NCBI GenBank assembly: GCA_002269645.1
Contig: NIVC01001001.1
Coordinates: 321,934 to 385,933, forward strand
Source of the DNA: Macrostomum lignano
Lineage: Eukaryota
DNA length: 64,000 nt
Direction of reading: 5' to 3'
The notes beneath the pieces were generated by a model, which saw nothing but the letters and a program-made list of their open reading frames with translations, was not told where the DNA came from and ran no database searches. Position 1 is the stretch's first letter, and each line of letters starts with the position of its first letter. Below, piece by piece: positions 51,101 to 61,691 of this stretch. The translations under genes were made by a program, and so were the position numbers.

Positions 51101-54100
51101 TATCAAAATCTCACTCTGTGATATCAAAATCTCGCTCTGTGATATCAAAATCTCACTCTGTGATATCAAAATCTCACTCTGTGATATCAAAATCTCACTC
51201 TGTGATATCAAAATCTCACTCTGTGATATCAAAATCTCACTCTGTGATATCAAAATCTCACTCTGTGATATCAAAATCTCACTCTGTGATATCAAAATCT
51301 CACTCTGATATCCAAATCTCAATCTTGATATCCAAATCTCTCTCTTGTGATATCCAAATTGATATCCTACTCCATAGAATCTAAATCTCACTCTACAGGA
51401 TTAAAATCTTAGTCGATCGAATCGAAGTCTCACTCTATAGAATAAAATCTCACTCCATAGAATCTAAATCTCACTCCATAGAATCAAAATCTCACTCCAT
51501 AGAATCAAAATCTCACACTATAGAATCAAAATCTCACTCCATAGTATCAAAATCTCACTCTATAGAATCAAAATCTCACTCTACAGAATCAAAATCTCAC
51601 ACTATAGAATCAAAATCTCACCCAGCTGGTGCACCACACTGAGATCCTGCTGCATGTAGGTGACAGCCCGGTCAATACGACCAGCAGACCAGTGCGCTCT
51701 GCTCAAAGCGCTCAACACGGAGGCCTTCAATTTCAAACTGCTCGTGCCCAATTGCAGAGCGCATTCCAGCGCTGTGATGGCTTGCGGATGTTGGCCGAGG
51801 CTTTCCAGCTCTTGGCCGATAACGGACATGAGTACGAATGCACTGTTGGCCAGGTGCAGCTTGCAGAGCTGCTCGTAGACGGGTAGGAAGCGCTCTGTTC
51901 GGGTTGTAGATTGTAATTTTTTACATAAATTATTAACTAATGTATTACCTAATTACTGAGAGTTATCACCTAACTAGCGAGATAGACTAATTACCTAATT
52001 AGCAAAATAGACTAAATACCTAATTAGTGAGTTAGACTAATTACCTAATTAGCGAGTTAGACTGATTACCTTAATTAGCGAGTTAGCTTGATTACCTAAT
52101 TAGCGAGTTAGACTGGTTACCTTAATTAGCGAGTTAGCTTGATTACCTAATTAGTAAGTTAGACTAATTACCTAATTAGCGAGTTAACTTGATTACCTAA
52201 CTAGCGAGTTAGACTAATAATCTAATTAGTCAGTTAGCAGATTAATTACCTACTTAGTGAGTTGAAATGATTGTCTAATTAATTAGTTAGACTAATTGGC
52301 TAATTGGTAAGATCGATCACTTGGAACCAGCGCTGTATACCCAATCAAACCATACCATGCACTACTAAAAGTAAGTCACTTATACAGACCTCGAACAGGA
52401 GACGCCAAGGCGCAGTCAACCAATCCCTGAATCAGTGCCCGATCTTTCGGATCTTTGCCAAGGCCCTGGCAGAGAGCCGCTGCAGCATCAGCAAACTTGC
52501 CCAGACACTGCAGAGCCACGCCTTCACGGTAGTACGCCTGCGAATGAGTAGTAGACATGAGTGTGAGTCTGCCAGCATCTCCTCTGTCACTCCCACTGTG
52601 TGCTGTCAGCATCGGCCGCTTATAAATAGTCATACTTGGAGTTTATAATGTAAATTACGCAAATTACTTTCAGCAGCCTAGACAAGCAAAATGTTCATTT
52701 ACTGACTGACTGACCCAGAAACCGGGACTTCAAAACCAAAATAAAAATACAGACAGAAACGAGAATACCCCAGAGAAACTTTATCCAGTATTTTATAACT
52801 TAGCAACTATTCTAATGCAACCATAAAGATAAAGGTTTTCTCTTTGTAATGCCAGTTTCAAATGTGTTTTACTGAAATTTGTAGTTTTTTTCTAAACAAA
52901 AAATCTAACGTATTATACAATAAATTTTATAGTCTAATGACAAAAATTTTAGTAGCTTCAATGTAAAAAATACCCTATTTTGATTGAGAGGTTTAAAAAA
53001 GCTTAGAAACACAGTAACAATTATGTAGTAGGGTTAATGGAATAAGAAAAGAGCGAAAAAGTCCAACTAGAAGATTTATTTTTTAAATAGAATTTATTTC
53101 AACGCCGTTTTAGAGATTTATGAAATCCTTGAGCGGCAGCAAAGTCGGAGATCATATTTTTTACAGCTTATCATTGATTTTGCCAGTCTATTTGAGTTAG
53201 CCAAGCTAATCAAGGGGATAAAGAACTCCTCATTCAATGCAGCATCAGCCACTGCAACAGAACTTCGACCATAGACAATACAGCCAATCAATTCGACAAG
53301 TCTGTTAAAGATCGGCACCAATTAGGCCATAGACAATACAGCCAATCAATTCGACAATTCTGTTAAAGATCGGCACCAATTAGGCTATAGACAAGACAGC
53401 CAATCAATTCGACAAGTCTGTTAAAGATCGGCACCAATTAGGCTATAGACAATACAGCCAATCAATTCGACAATTCTGTTAAAGATCGGCACCAATTAGG
53501 CTATAGACAAGACAGCCAATCAATTCGACAAGTCTGTTAAAGATCGGCACCAATTAGGCTATAGACAATACAGCCAATAAATTCGACAAGTCTGTTAAAG
53601 ATCGGCACCAATTAGGCCATAAACAATACAGCCAATTGAGTGGACAAGACTGTTAAAGATCGGCACCAATTAGGCCATAGACAATACAGCCAATTAATTT
53701 GACAATTCTGTTAAAGATCGGCACCAATTAGGCTATAGACAATACAGCCGATCAATTCGACAAGTCTATTCAAGATCGGGACCAAGTGTTGTAATCAAGT
53801 CTTTATTTGTCTATGGTCAAAGTGCAGCTCTACGATGGCAGTGACTGCTGCTATTCGACATGGATTGGCTAAATTGTCAACTAGACTGACAAAATCAATA
53901 TTATAATGATTGTCTTGCCCTACCTTCTTCCGTTTTGACCCTCTATCGGCACAACTTTTAGATCGCCTGAATGGCGATAGCAGAGGCCGGTTTTCTCTTA
54001 AACTGGCTGATGCCGCGACTACTGTTGGCGTTGCGATAGCGCTGCTACTAGAAGCAGAACTCGGCTTGTTATTTTTCTTCTTCTTCTGCTCAGATCTGTC

Positions 54101-54463
54101 GCTGCTACTGTTGCCAACCAGGCGAAGAAAACGAAACGAAAATCTAGTCGACGTTGAAACAGAAGATGACGCAACAGATGACAAAGCTGGCTCAACAATT
54201 GCGCCGCTGTCAGCTCCACTAGAAGCAGCAGATTTCTCTGATAGAATCGATTTTCTCTGCTGTTGCTGCTGTTGTAGTTGTTGTTTCCGCAAACTTTCTG
54301 CAGACGTTGCAGACTGACGATTGCTAACAATTTTTGGCAGTCGAAAACTATAGAATCTATTTCTAAGCAGATCCGTCTGCTGATCAGAAGATTGCACAAC
54401 AGATTGTTGCACTAAGCTCGATGGAGCAGAGGCTGTAGAAACACCAGAAGACCACTTTAGCAT
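35390..54463 (-). CDS. TTC28: Tetratricopeptide repeat protein 28-like (TPR array + CHAT domain), ~2330 aa; exons 54463-53924, 52537-52390, 51894-51622, 49482-49128, 48337-47934, 46829-46228, 43759-43403, 42821-42234, 41533-41186, 40385-40032, 39438-38846, 38161-37186, 36844-35390
   Basis: Segments [13 protein letters not shown]...LASPVR, SVIGQEL...[22 protein letters not shown]...[92 protein letters not shown] all match recalled TTC28 sequence. Phases are continuous across the 13 exons (6993 nt). The first exon is the least certain. Confidence 0.9.
36935..37185. repeat. ~15-16-bp degenerate minisatellite (tctcaccccatctcaa) in TTC28 intron 12
   Basis: Direct reading; abuts the donor at 37185. 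Confidence 0.8.
38200..38815. repeat. ~28-35-bp minisatellite (ggccagcctcccagatcctcagttgctg) in TTC28 intron 11
   Basis: Direct reading. Confidence 0.9.
39445..40025. repeat. (GAGT)n microsatellite with GAAA interruptions in TTC28 intron 10
   Basis: Direct reading. Confidence 0.95.
40440..41165. repeat. 32-bp minisatellite (aagatcaaaggggttagccgcatcttagatta) in TTC28 intron 9
   Basis: Direct reading; period 32 (40621 to 40653). Confidence 0.92.
41560..42165. repeat. (TCTG)n microsatellite in TTC28 intron 8
   Basis: Direct reading. Confidence 0.95.
42915..43400. repeat. 22-bp minisatellite (ttatattgacccattaggtagc) in TTC28 intron 7
   Basis: Direct reading. Confidence 0.92.
43795..44072 (-). 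mobile_element. tRNA-derived SINE (CORE-like body), copy 1
   Basis: On the minus strand: A box tagtggttagagcg, B box ggttcgacc, body gtgtccttgagc...cacttaac...cagttcacccagctgtaaaatgggtacc. Homologous copies at ~45905-46114 and ~48522-48790. Confidence 0.85.
44747..45484 (+). CDS. Secreted C-type lectin domain + PAN/apple-like domain protein, intronless, nested antisense in TTC28 intron 6 (245 aa from ATG 44747)
   Basis: Signal peptide. CTLD hallmarks CPxxF...[18 protein letters not shown]...DPNN..GKQDCV..., DLSC...FACE. The C-terminal Cys pattern (C...SAIEC...F.....C.L) is PAN-like. Clean uninterrupted ORF. Confidence 0.85.
   Translation: MKFEISFWWVLGSQLLTVLAQCPAPFYLEAGRCIFVSTTQGFTWCEANRQCSSIGGELINSYSLLKLLPSMPSFQNGKKYWLGVTDLADERHASKEGWQTVFGRGQLPLEDSLWINGDPNNKGGKQDCVATYTSSAKLVDLSCSYKRGFACEFAAAAPIAAQLNGQWKRTPFKRSSYNPSSEYCFTDLTNIDSAIECVAMAMRSKDSQHVLFNKKQKKCRLLHFTDAQVEKAIERSADWVKFGLT
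45905..46114 (-). mobile_element. tRNA-derived SINE, copy 2
   Basis: Homologous to 43795-44072 (cagtccaaggactggggggtc, aattaccccagctaatgctgg, ttacagctgggtgaactgaag, ctcaaggacacaaattgttcc), same orientation. Confidence 0.85.
46850..47912. repeat. 21-bp minisatellite (gaaatcgggatttgtagattt), ~50 units, in TTC28 intron 5
   Basis: Direct reading. Confidence 0.95.
48522..48790 (+). mobile_element. tRNA-derived SINE, copy 3, in TTC28 intron 4
   Basis: tagcctagaggttggagcg (A-box-like), gttcgattcg (B box), and the same body gtgtccttgagagcaagacactcaac...cagttcacccagctgtaaaatgggtgcc. Confidence 0.85.
49570..50265. repeat. ~20/40-bp G-rich minisatellite (gaggatggggcggaagctga...) in TTC28 intron 3
   Basis: Direct reading. 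Confidence 0.85.
50720..51621. repeat. Graded 21-25-bp minisatellite (aaatctcactc core) in TTC28 intron 3, abutting the donor
   Basis: Three successive unit types: atagaatcaaaatctcactcc, gatatcaaaatctcactctgt, gatatccaaatctcac(ta)ctcttt. Confidence 0.92.
51950..52305. repeat. ~24-bp minisatellite (ttacctaattagcgagttagacta) in TTC28 intron 2
   Basis: Direct reading. Confidence 0.85.
53270..53790. repeat. 58-bp minisatellite with two CCAAT per unit, ~9 units, in putative TTC28 intron 1
   Basis: Unit aatacagccaatcaattcgacaagtctgttaaagatcggcaccaattaggctatagac; period 58 (53281 to 53339). Confidence 0.9.
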
Positions 54464-55375
54464 TTCGTCGATGTCGCAGTTGATGTCATGCCGAAGCAGA
54501 TGATATTCGCAGTTTTATTTGCTTGCTTCAAACTTTAGTTAACAGTCACTTTCCTTGTTTTTACTTCTGTTGAAAGCTGTAGCTTCACTCGATCTCTTTG
54601 TCTCAGCTTTTAGAAGCAGAAGAAATAAGAAGCAAAAAAAGACAGAGAAACAAATAGAAGAGAATGGAGAGGCGGAGGCGGAGCAGGCGCACAGCGTCGG
54701 TAAAACTAGAATAGAGAAGAAGAAAAAACTGTGTCTGTCTGCCTCCTGAGCTTCTTAGCCCTTAAATCGCGTGGGCGTCTTTGCATTTATAACTCCGACA
54801 GACCAGAAACTGACTGGGGTGGGTGGTTGATGAAGCCAGCCCATCTTCGTAGCTTTTGCTCGCATTGGTCAATTATTATATTAAAACTAGAAGAGACGGA
54901 CCCAATCTACTCGCATGAATCGCTAGCAGAATCTTGAAAAAACGACACTCTCTGTGTGGCCTTCAAGTGCCACGAAGCCATGGCAATATTGTATTCTATA
55001 TAATAGCATATATATTTAGCTACATAAAATGAAATCATTACAATGCAATACCATGCAGTTTTCATACAACTGAATTCGCACATTGCCACAGAATTATTTA
55101 TTCTATTTTAGCACTAGCCCTTTGGTCTGTGAGAAATTCTTTCTGCCAAGGAAAACTTTTCTACAAAATGTTAGCAATGCAAGAGAAAAGTCGGTTTGAG
55201 AAAGTCTAGTAGTCAAAGGAATTTCGCCGAGGTACTTAAAAATGGAATGCTAGAAAAGGCGGCACTGCTCAAGCAGTATGGAATGCGAATAAAAGTTGAA
55301 AAATAAGAAGCGTTAAGTTGAGATAATTTATGAGTAGAATATGAGCAGATAAACTAATAGATAAACAGATACGTA

Positions 55376-55395
55376 GACGGACGGACAGAGAGACG

Positions 55396-55454
<59 letters not shown>

Positions 55455-55475
55455 GATAGATAGATAGATAAATAG

Positions 55476-55506
<31 letters not shown>

Positions 55507-55537
55507 GATAAATAGATAGATAGATAGATAGATAGAT

Positions 55538-55587
<50 letters not shown>

Positions 55588-55697
55588 CAGATAGATAGAT
55601 AGATAGATAGATGATAGATGATAGATAGATGATAGATAGATAGATAGATAGATAGATAGGTAGATAGATAAATAGATAGATAGATAGATAGATAAAT

Positions 55698-55736
<39 letters not shown>

Positions 55737-55763
55737 GATAGATAGATAGATAGATAGATAGAT

Positions 55764-55810
<47 letters not shown>

Positions 55811-55815
55811 GATAG

Positions 55816-55846
<31 letters not shown>

Positions 55847-55851
55847 GATAA

Positions 55852-55885
<34 letters not shown>

Positions 55886-55913
55886 GATAGATAGATGGAT
55901 AGATAGATATATG

Positions 55914-55944
<31 letters not shown>

Positions 55945-55949
55945 GATAA

Positions 55950-55983
<34 letters not shown>

Positions 55984-56006
55984 GATAGATAGATAGATAG
56001 ATAGAT

Positions 56007-56050
<44 letters not shown>

Positions 56051-56053
56051 GAT

Positions 56054-56092
<39 letters not shown>

Positions 56093-56124
56093 GATAGATA
56101 GATAGATAGATAGATAGATGATAG
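55376..56124. repeat. (GATA)n microsatellite, left flank of the LTR element
   Basis: Direct reading. Confidence 0.95.
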
Positions 56125-59100
56125 TGTGGTGACTGCGTTTCGCTTTCTGTGCAGAGTGGGAGATGGGGGGGCTGTCTCTCTCTCTCTCTCTCTCTCTCGG
56201 ATTGTACTCGCGCATGTGCATACTCTGGAGCGCGAGCACACCAGAGGTAGCGGCTGATTGGTCAGCCTAGTCAGGCTGGAAAATAAACTGGTATTTATTG
56301 AGAGAGCTAGGCTTGGCCAGCTCTAAGAAGTTTTTTCTCTCTGCAAGCCACACAGACTTTGTTACAGTGGCGACGAGGTGACTAATGGCCACGGGCCTAC
56401 TGTGTAGCATCGGTCCATTTGAGCCTGAAAATGAGGACTGGCTGCAGTACAAGGAAAGAATGGAGCAAGTTTTCATTGCAAGCGACATAGAGTCCGAAGA
56501 CAAAAAGCGAGCTGTCTTCCTCAGTGTCTGTGGCAAGGAGACATTCAAGCTGATTTGCAGCCTGCTGGCCCCGAGGAAGCCATCGGAGACGAGCTACGCA
56601 GACATTTGCCAAAAACTAAAGGAGCACTGGAAGCCGGAGCCTTCTGAAATTGTGCAGCGTTTTCATTTCTATCAGCGCGTGCGGGCCAGCACCGAGTCAG
56701 TGGCGGATTTCCTGGCCAGTTTGCGGCGTCTGGCCGTGGACTGCAAGTTCGGAAACAGCTTGGAGTCGATGCTCAGGGATCGGCTGGTGCTCGGCATCCA
56801 GGACGATCGGATCCAGCGCAGACTGCTGTCGGAGCCGGAGCTGGATCTCGAGAAGGCGCTGAAGATCGCTCAAGCGGTGGAGCTGGCGGAAAAAGGCTGC
56901 ACGGTCGTCAGGAGCTCACAGGAGGTGGCTGGCCCTGCGGCGGCTGCTTCAGTCGATCGAGTCGACCAGGCCAAGGCGACCGGATCTGGTCGAGCCCCAC
57001 AGAAGTGTTTCCGGTGCTTGTCGACTCGACATCTGGCGGACAAGTGCCCGTTCATCAAGAAGGCATGCTTCAAGTGCGGCAAGCTCGGGCACACCGCAGC
57101 TGCTTGCCGTAGAGGCGCCGGAGTATCGGGTGCGGACTCCAAGCCCCGCGTGGGCGCCGTGCAAGAAGCAGAAGACGAGGACTGCAGCTCCCTTAACACC
57201 GTGCCCAGCGTTGCAGCCAAGGTGCCACCCTACTTGACCAAGGTACTGATCAACGGCGTGTCCTGCCAGATGGAGATAGACACGGGCGCCGCGGTGTCGT
57301 TGATCTCAGCCAAAGTCTACCAGGATCTTCTCGGAGGTATCCCTAAGCTCGGTGGGACCACGATTCGGCTGCGGAACTACGGCGGCCAACCTGTCAACGT
57401 GCTGGGACAGTTGAGCGTCACTGTGGAGATTCCAGGAAATGAAAAGAAACTGCTGCCTCTGGTGGTGGTCTCAGGAAGCGGCTCCAGCTTGATCGGACGG
57501 AACTGGCTGTCTGAACTAACCATGGACTGGAGAAGCATCAAGGAGCTGCGAGAGCGAGAACTGCCGGCTCAGGGAAATCAGCAGGTGGAGCAGCTGCTGC
57601 AAAAGTACAGCGCAGTATTTTCGGACGGACTCGGTTGCTACACAGGCGAACCACTGAAATTGCGGACGAAACCAGGTGCACAGCCCAAATTTTTCAAAGC
57701 TCGGACGGTGCCGTTCGCTTTGAAGTCCAAGGTGGAGGAGCAGCTGGACCGGGAGATCGAGCAAGGCGTTCTGCAGCCTGTCTCTAACTCCGAGTACGCG
57801 TCTCCTATCGTGCCGGTGCTCAAGGCGGATGGATCCGTCAGAATCTGCGCGGATTTCAAGCGCACGGTGAACCAAGACGTTGTGCAGGACTCCTACCCGC
57901 TGCCCAGAATTGAAGAATTGTTCGCAAAGCTAACAGGAGGCCAGAAATTCACCAAGCTAGACCTCAGTCAGGCGTATCAGCAACTGCCACTGGACTCGGA
58001 ATCACAGCGTCTGTGCACCATCAACACCTCCAAAGGGTTGCTCAGGTACACCAGGTTGCCGTTCGGCATCTCACCGGCAGTCGGCATGTTTCAGAGGACA
58101 ATGGACGGCTTGCTTCAAGGAAGACCGCACACGGCGACTTTTATCGACGATCTGCTGGTGACAGGAACTGATGACGCGAAGCACCTGGAGAACCTGGAAG
58201 CCGTTTTGCAGCGCCTACAAGATGCTGGGCTGAAGTGCCGAGCTGACAAGTGCCGGTTCATGCAGGAGTCCGTGAGTTACCTGGGCCACCGAATCGACGC
58301 CGGCGGTCTCCACCCGCTGGAAAGCAAGGTCAGCGCGATCGTTGAGGCGCCAGCTCCCCAGGACGTCACCCAACTCCGCAGCTTCCTGGGCCTCATAAAT
58401 TATTATGGACGATTCCTGCCGAACCTGTCCAGCTGGCTCGCTCCGCTGCACCGCCTATTGGACAAGGGCGCTGCCTGGCAATGGAACAGCCCGCAAGAGA
58501 GTGCGTTTCACCGCTGCAAGGAGCTCCTGCTGAGCTCTCAGACGCTAGTGCATTTCGACCCCGGTAAAGAGGTCATCCTGGAGTGCGACAGCTCGCCCTA
58601 CGGTCTCGGCGCGGTCATCTGCCACCTGATAGATGGCGTGGAGCGGCCCATCGCGTTTGCGTCCCGCACTCTGGCCGATGCGGAGAAGAACTACTCCCAG
58701 ACGGAGAAGGAGGCCTTGGCAGTTGTTTTCGGCGTCAAGCGATTCCACACCTATCTGTACGGCCGGAACTTCCAGCTGAAGAGTGACCACAAGCCGCTTC
58801 TAGGACTGCTTCACGAGAACAAGGCCATTCCGCCACTAGCATCTGCCAGGATTCAGCGCTGGGCTCTGCTGCTGTCTAGCTACTCCTATCGACTGCATTA
58901 CCGCAAGGGCGCCACCCTGCTGCGGGCGGATGCACTGAGCCGGTTGCCGCTGCGTCCAAGCCAGCGGAGGCGCCGGCGCCGGCTGAGGTGGTACTGCTGA
59001 TCGACTCATTCAACGAGGGCCCAGTGACTGCGGCTCAAGTTCGCTGCTGGACACGGCGAGACCCGCTACTCGGTCGAGTGCTCAGGTTCGTGCAAGAAGG

Positions 59101-60762
59101 CTGGCCGGAGGATCGGCGAGGGAGCGAAGATCTGCGGCCGTTTGCGTCTCGAGCTGCGGAACTTAGCGTGGAGGACGGCTGCCTGCTGTGGGGCACCAGA
59201 GTGGTGGTGCCGGTTCAGGGACGCCTGGCGTTGCTCGAGTGTCTGCACCAAAGTCACCTAGGAGCGTCCAAGCTGAAGTCGCTGGCCAGGAACTATTTTT
59301 GGTGGCCGGGAATGGACGGAGACATCGAGCGCTCTCGCAGCACTGCCGGCAGTGCAAACTGCATCAGCACAGCCCACCTCCAGCGCCGCTGCAGCCCTGG
59401 CCCTGGCCTGACAGACCGTGGTCAAGGGTCCACATGGATTACGCTGGACCGTTCGAAGGCAAGATGCTGCTGATTCTGGTCGACGCGCATTCCAAGTGGA
59501 TCGAGGTGCACATCTGCCAGTCCGCGACCAGCTCCGCTACAATCGATCGGCTCCGGCGGACTTTCAGCCAGCTGGGCCTGCCGGAGGTCGTGGTGACGGA
59601 CAACGGGCCCAACTTCGTGAGTCAAGAGATGGAGAGCTTCATGAGCAGCAATGGCATCCGGCATGTCAAGGTGTCGCCCTATCATCCGGCGTCCAACGGC
59701 CTGGCGGAACGCGCGGTACAAACGGTGAAGGCGGCTCTGGCAAAGGGACAGCCGGCGGCTCTGCAGACTCGGCTCGCTCGGTTCCTGCTGACCTACCGGG
59801 TGACTCCGCACAGCACGACTGGCGTTCCGCCGAGCCAGCTGATGATGGGCCGGCCTCTGCGAACACTGCTGGATCTGGTACGTCCGGACGTCTCGGCTGC
59901 GGTCACGCGACGACAGGAGGCACAGAAGCTACAACACGACAGGCGCGCCAGAGCGAGGTCCTTCGAGGAAGGCGACGACGTCGTAGTGCGGGATTTCACG
60001 GGTCAGCAGAAGTGGCTGCCGGCCAGCATCAGCCGACAAACAGCACCTTTGTCCTACGAGTGCCGGCTGCCTGATGATCGCATTGTACGCCGCCACGCCG
60101 ACCATGTAGCCTCTGCAGGCGTCGAACCGCTGACCTCAGGAAGCACGGAACTGCCAATTAATGACGAGCTGCGCTACGAATCGGCTGAGGCAGAAGTTCC
60201 GCCGCTGCTGCCGCCCACGCCGCCGCCGCCCACACAGCCACCGACCGCGCCGCCGCCGCCCACGCAGCCGCCGCTTCCTCCGACTCCTCAGGCACGGCGT
60301 TCGCAGAGGAACCGAAAATGCCCGGACAGGTTGACGTACAAGTGAACGTTTTTTTTTTTTTTTTCCCTGACAGACCTTTTTTTTTGTTTACAGCTTTCGG
60401 TGGTCTTCGATTTTTTTGTTTCTGTTATTGTTGTCGTGGTGCTGGGAAGTATTTTCTTTTCTCTTTTTTGTTTCTTTTTTGTTGCTGTTTTTTTCTTTTT
60501 TCATCTACGTGTGGAGGGATGTGGTGACTGCGTTTCGCTTTCTGTGCAGAGTGGGAGATGGGGGGGGCTGTCTCTCTCTCTCTCTCTCTCTCTCGGATTG
60601 TACTCGCGCATGTGCATACTCTGGAGCGCGAGCACACCAGAGGTAGCGGCTGATTGGTCAGCCTAGTCAGGCTGGAAAATAAACTGGTATTTATTGAGAG
60701 AGCTAGGCTTGGCCAGCTCTAAGAAGTTTTTTCTCTCTGCAAGCCACACAGACTTTGTTACA
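56125..60762 (+). mobile_element. Full-length Ty3/gypsy LTR retrotransposon (Mag-like), 4638 bp
   Basis: LTRs 56125-56366 and 60520-60762 (TG...CA) are identical except for one poly-G length. PBS-like gtggcgacgagg at 56367; PPT gtggaggga at 60511-60519; 5-bp TSD GATAG on both sides; gag-PR-RT-RH-IN order. Confidence 0.97.
56385..60345 (+). CDS. Gag-Pol polyprotein, interrupted by two apparent 1-nt deletions (~58950 and ~59330)
   Basis: Gag with two CCHC knuckles (CFRCLSTRHLADKC, CFKCGKLGHTAAAC), protease EIDTGA, RT KLDLSQAYQQ / RLPFGI / FIDD, RNase H ECDSSPYGLGAV...YSQTEKEALAVVFGVKRFH...DHKPL, integrase H..H..C..C, HMDYAGP, VTDNG, SNGLAER. Split over ORFs 56385-59000, 58988-59473 and 59188-60345. 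Confidence 0.93.
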
Positions 60763-60793
60763 GATAGAAAAATAGATAGATAGATAGATAGAC

Positions 60794-60833
<40 letters not shown>

Positions 60834-60850
60834 GATAGACAGATAGATAG

Positions 60851-60881
<31 letters not shown>

Positions 60882-60923
60882 GATAGATAGATAGATGATA
60901 GAAAAATAGATAGATAGATAGAC

Positions 60924-60959
<36 letters not shown>

Positions 60960-61022
60960 GATAGACAGATAGATAGATAGATAGATAGATAGATAAATGG
61001 ATAGATAGATAGATAGATAGAT

Positions 61023-61053
<31 letters not shown>

Positions 61054-61084
61054 GATAGAAAAATAGATAGATAGATAGATAGAT

Positions 61085-61154
<70 letters not shown>

Positions 61155-61159
61155 GATAG
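60763..61159. repeat. (GATA)n array between the 3' LTR and the third LTR
   Basis: Direct reading; the interruption pattern is near-identical to 61401-61765. Confidence 0.95.
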
Positions 61160-61400
61160 TGTGGTGACTGCGTTTCGCTTTCTGTGCAGAGTGGGAGATG
61201 GGGGGCTGTCTCTCTCTCTCTCTCTCTCTCTCGGATTGTACTCGCGCATGTGCATACTCTGGAGCGCGAGCACACCAGAGGTAGCGGCTGATTGGTCAGC
61301 CTAGTCAGGCTGGAAAATAAACTGGTATTTATTGAGAGAGCTAGGCTTGGCCAGCTCTAAGAAGTTTTTTCTCTCTGCAAGCCACACAGACTTTGTTACA
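61160..61400 (+). mobile_element. Third (solo-type) LTR copy
   Basis: tgtggtgac...gactttgttaca, identical to the other two LTRs apart from poly-G length (6 vs 7 vs 8 G); flanked by GATAG on both sides; no PBS or PPT adjacent. Confidence 0.95.
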
Positions 61401-61431
61401 GATAGAAAAATAGATAGATAGATAGATAGAC

Positions 61432-61471
<40 letters not shown>

Positions 61472-61488
61472 GATAGACAGATAGATAG

Positions 61489-61519
<31 letters not shown>

Positions 61520-61561
61520 GATAGATAGATAGATGATAGAAAAATAGATAGATAGATAGAC

Positions 61562-61597
<36 letters not shown>

Positions 61598-61660
61598 GAT
61601 AGACAGATAGATAGATAGATAGATAGATAGATAAATGGATAGATAGATAGATAGATAGAT

Positions 61661-61691
<31 letters not shown>

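Noticed and set aside
58930-59000. Programmed ribosomal frameshift in pol
   Set aside because: No slippery heptamer; the shifts lie between RNase H and integrase and within the integrase zinc finger, not at the gag-pol junction.
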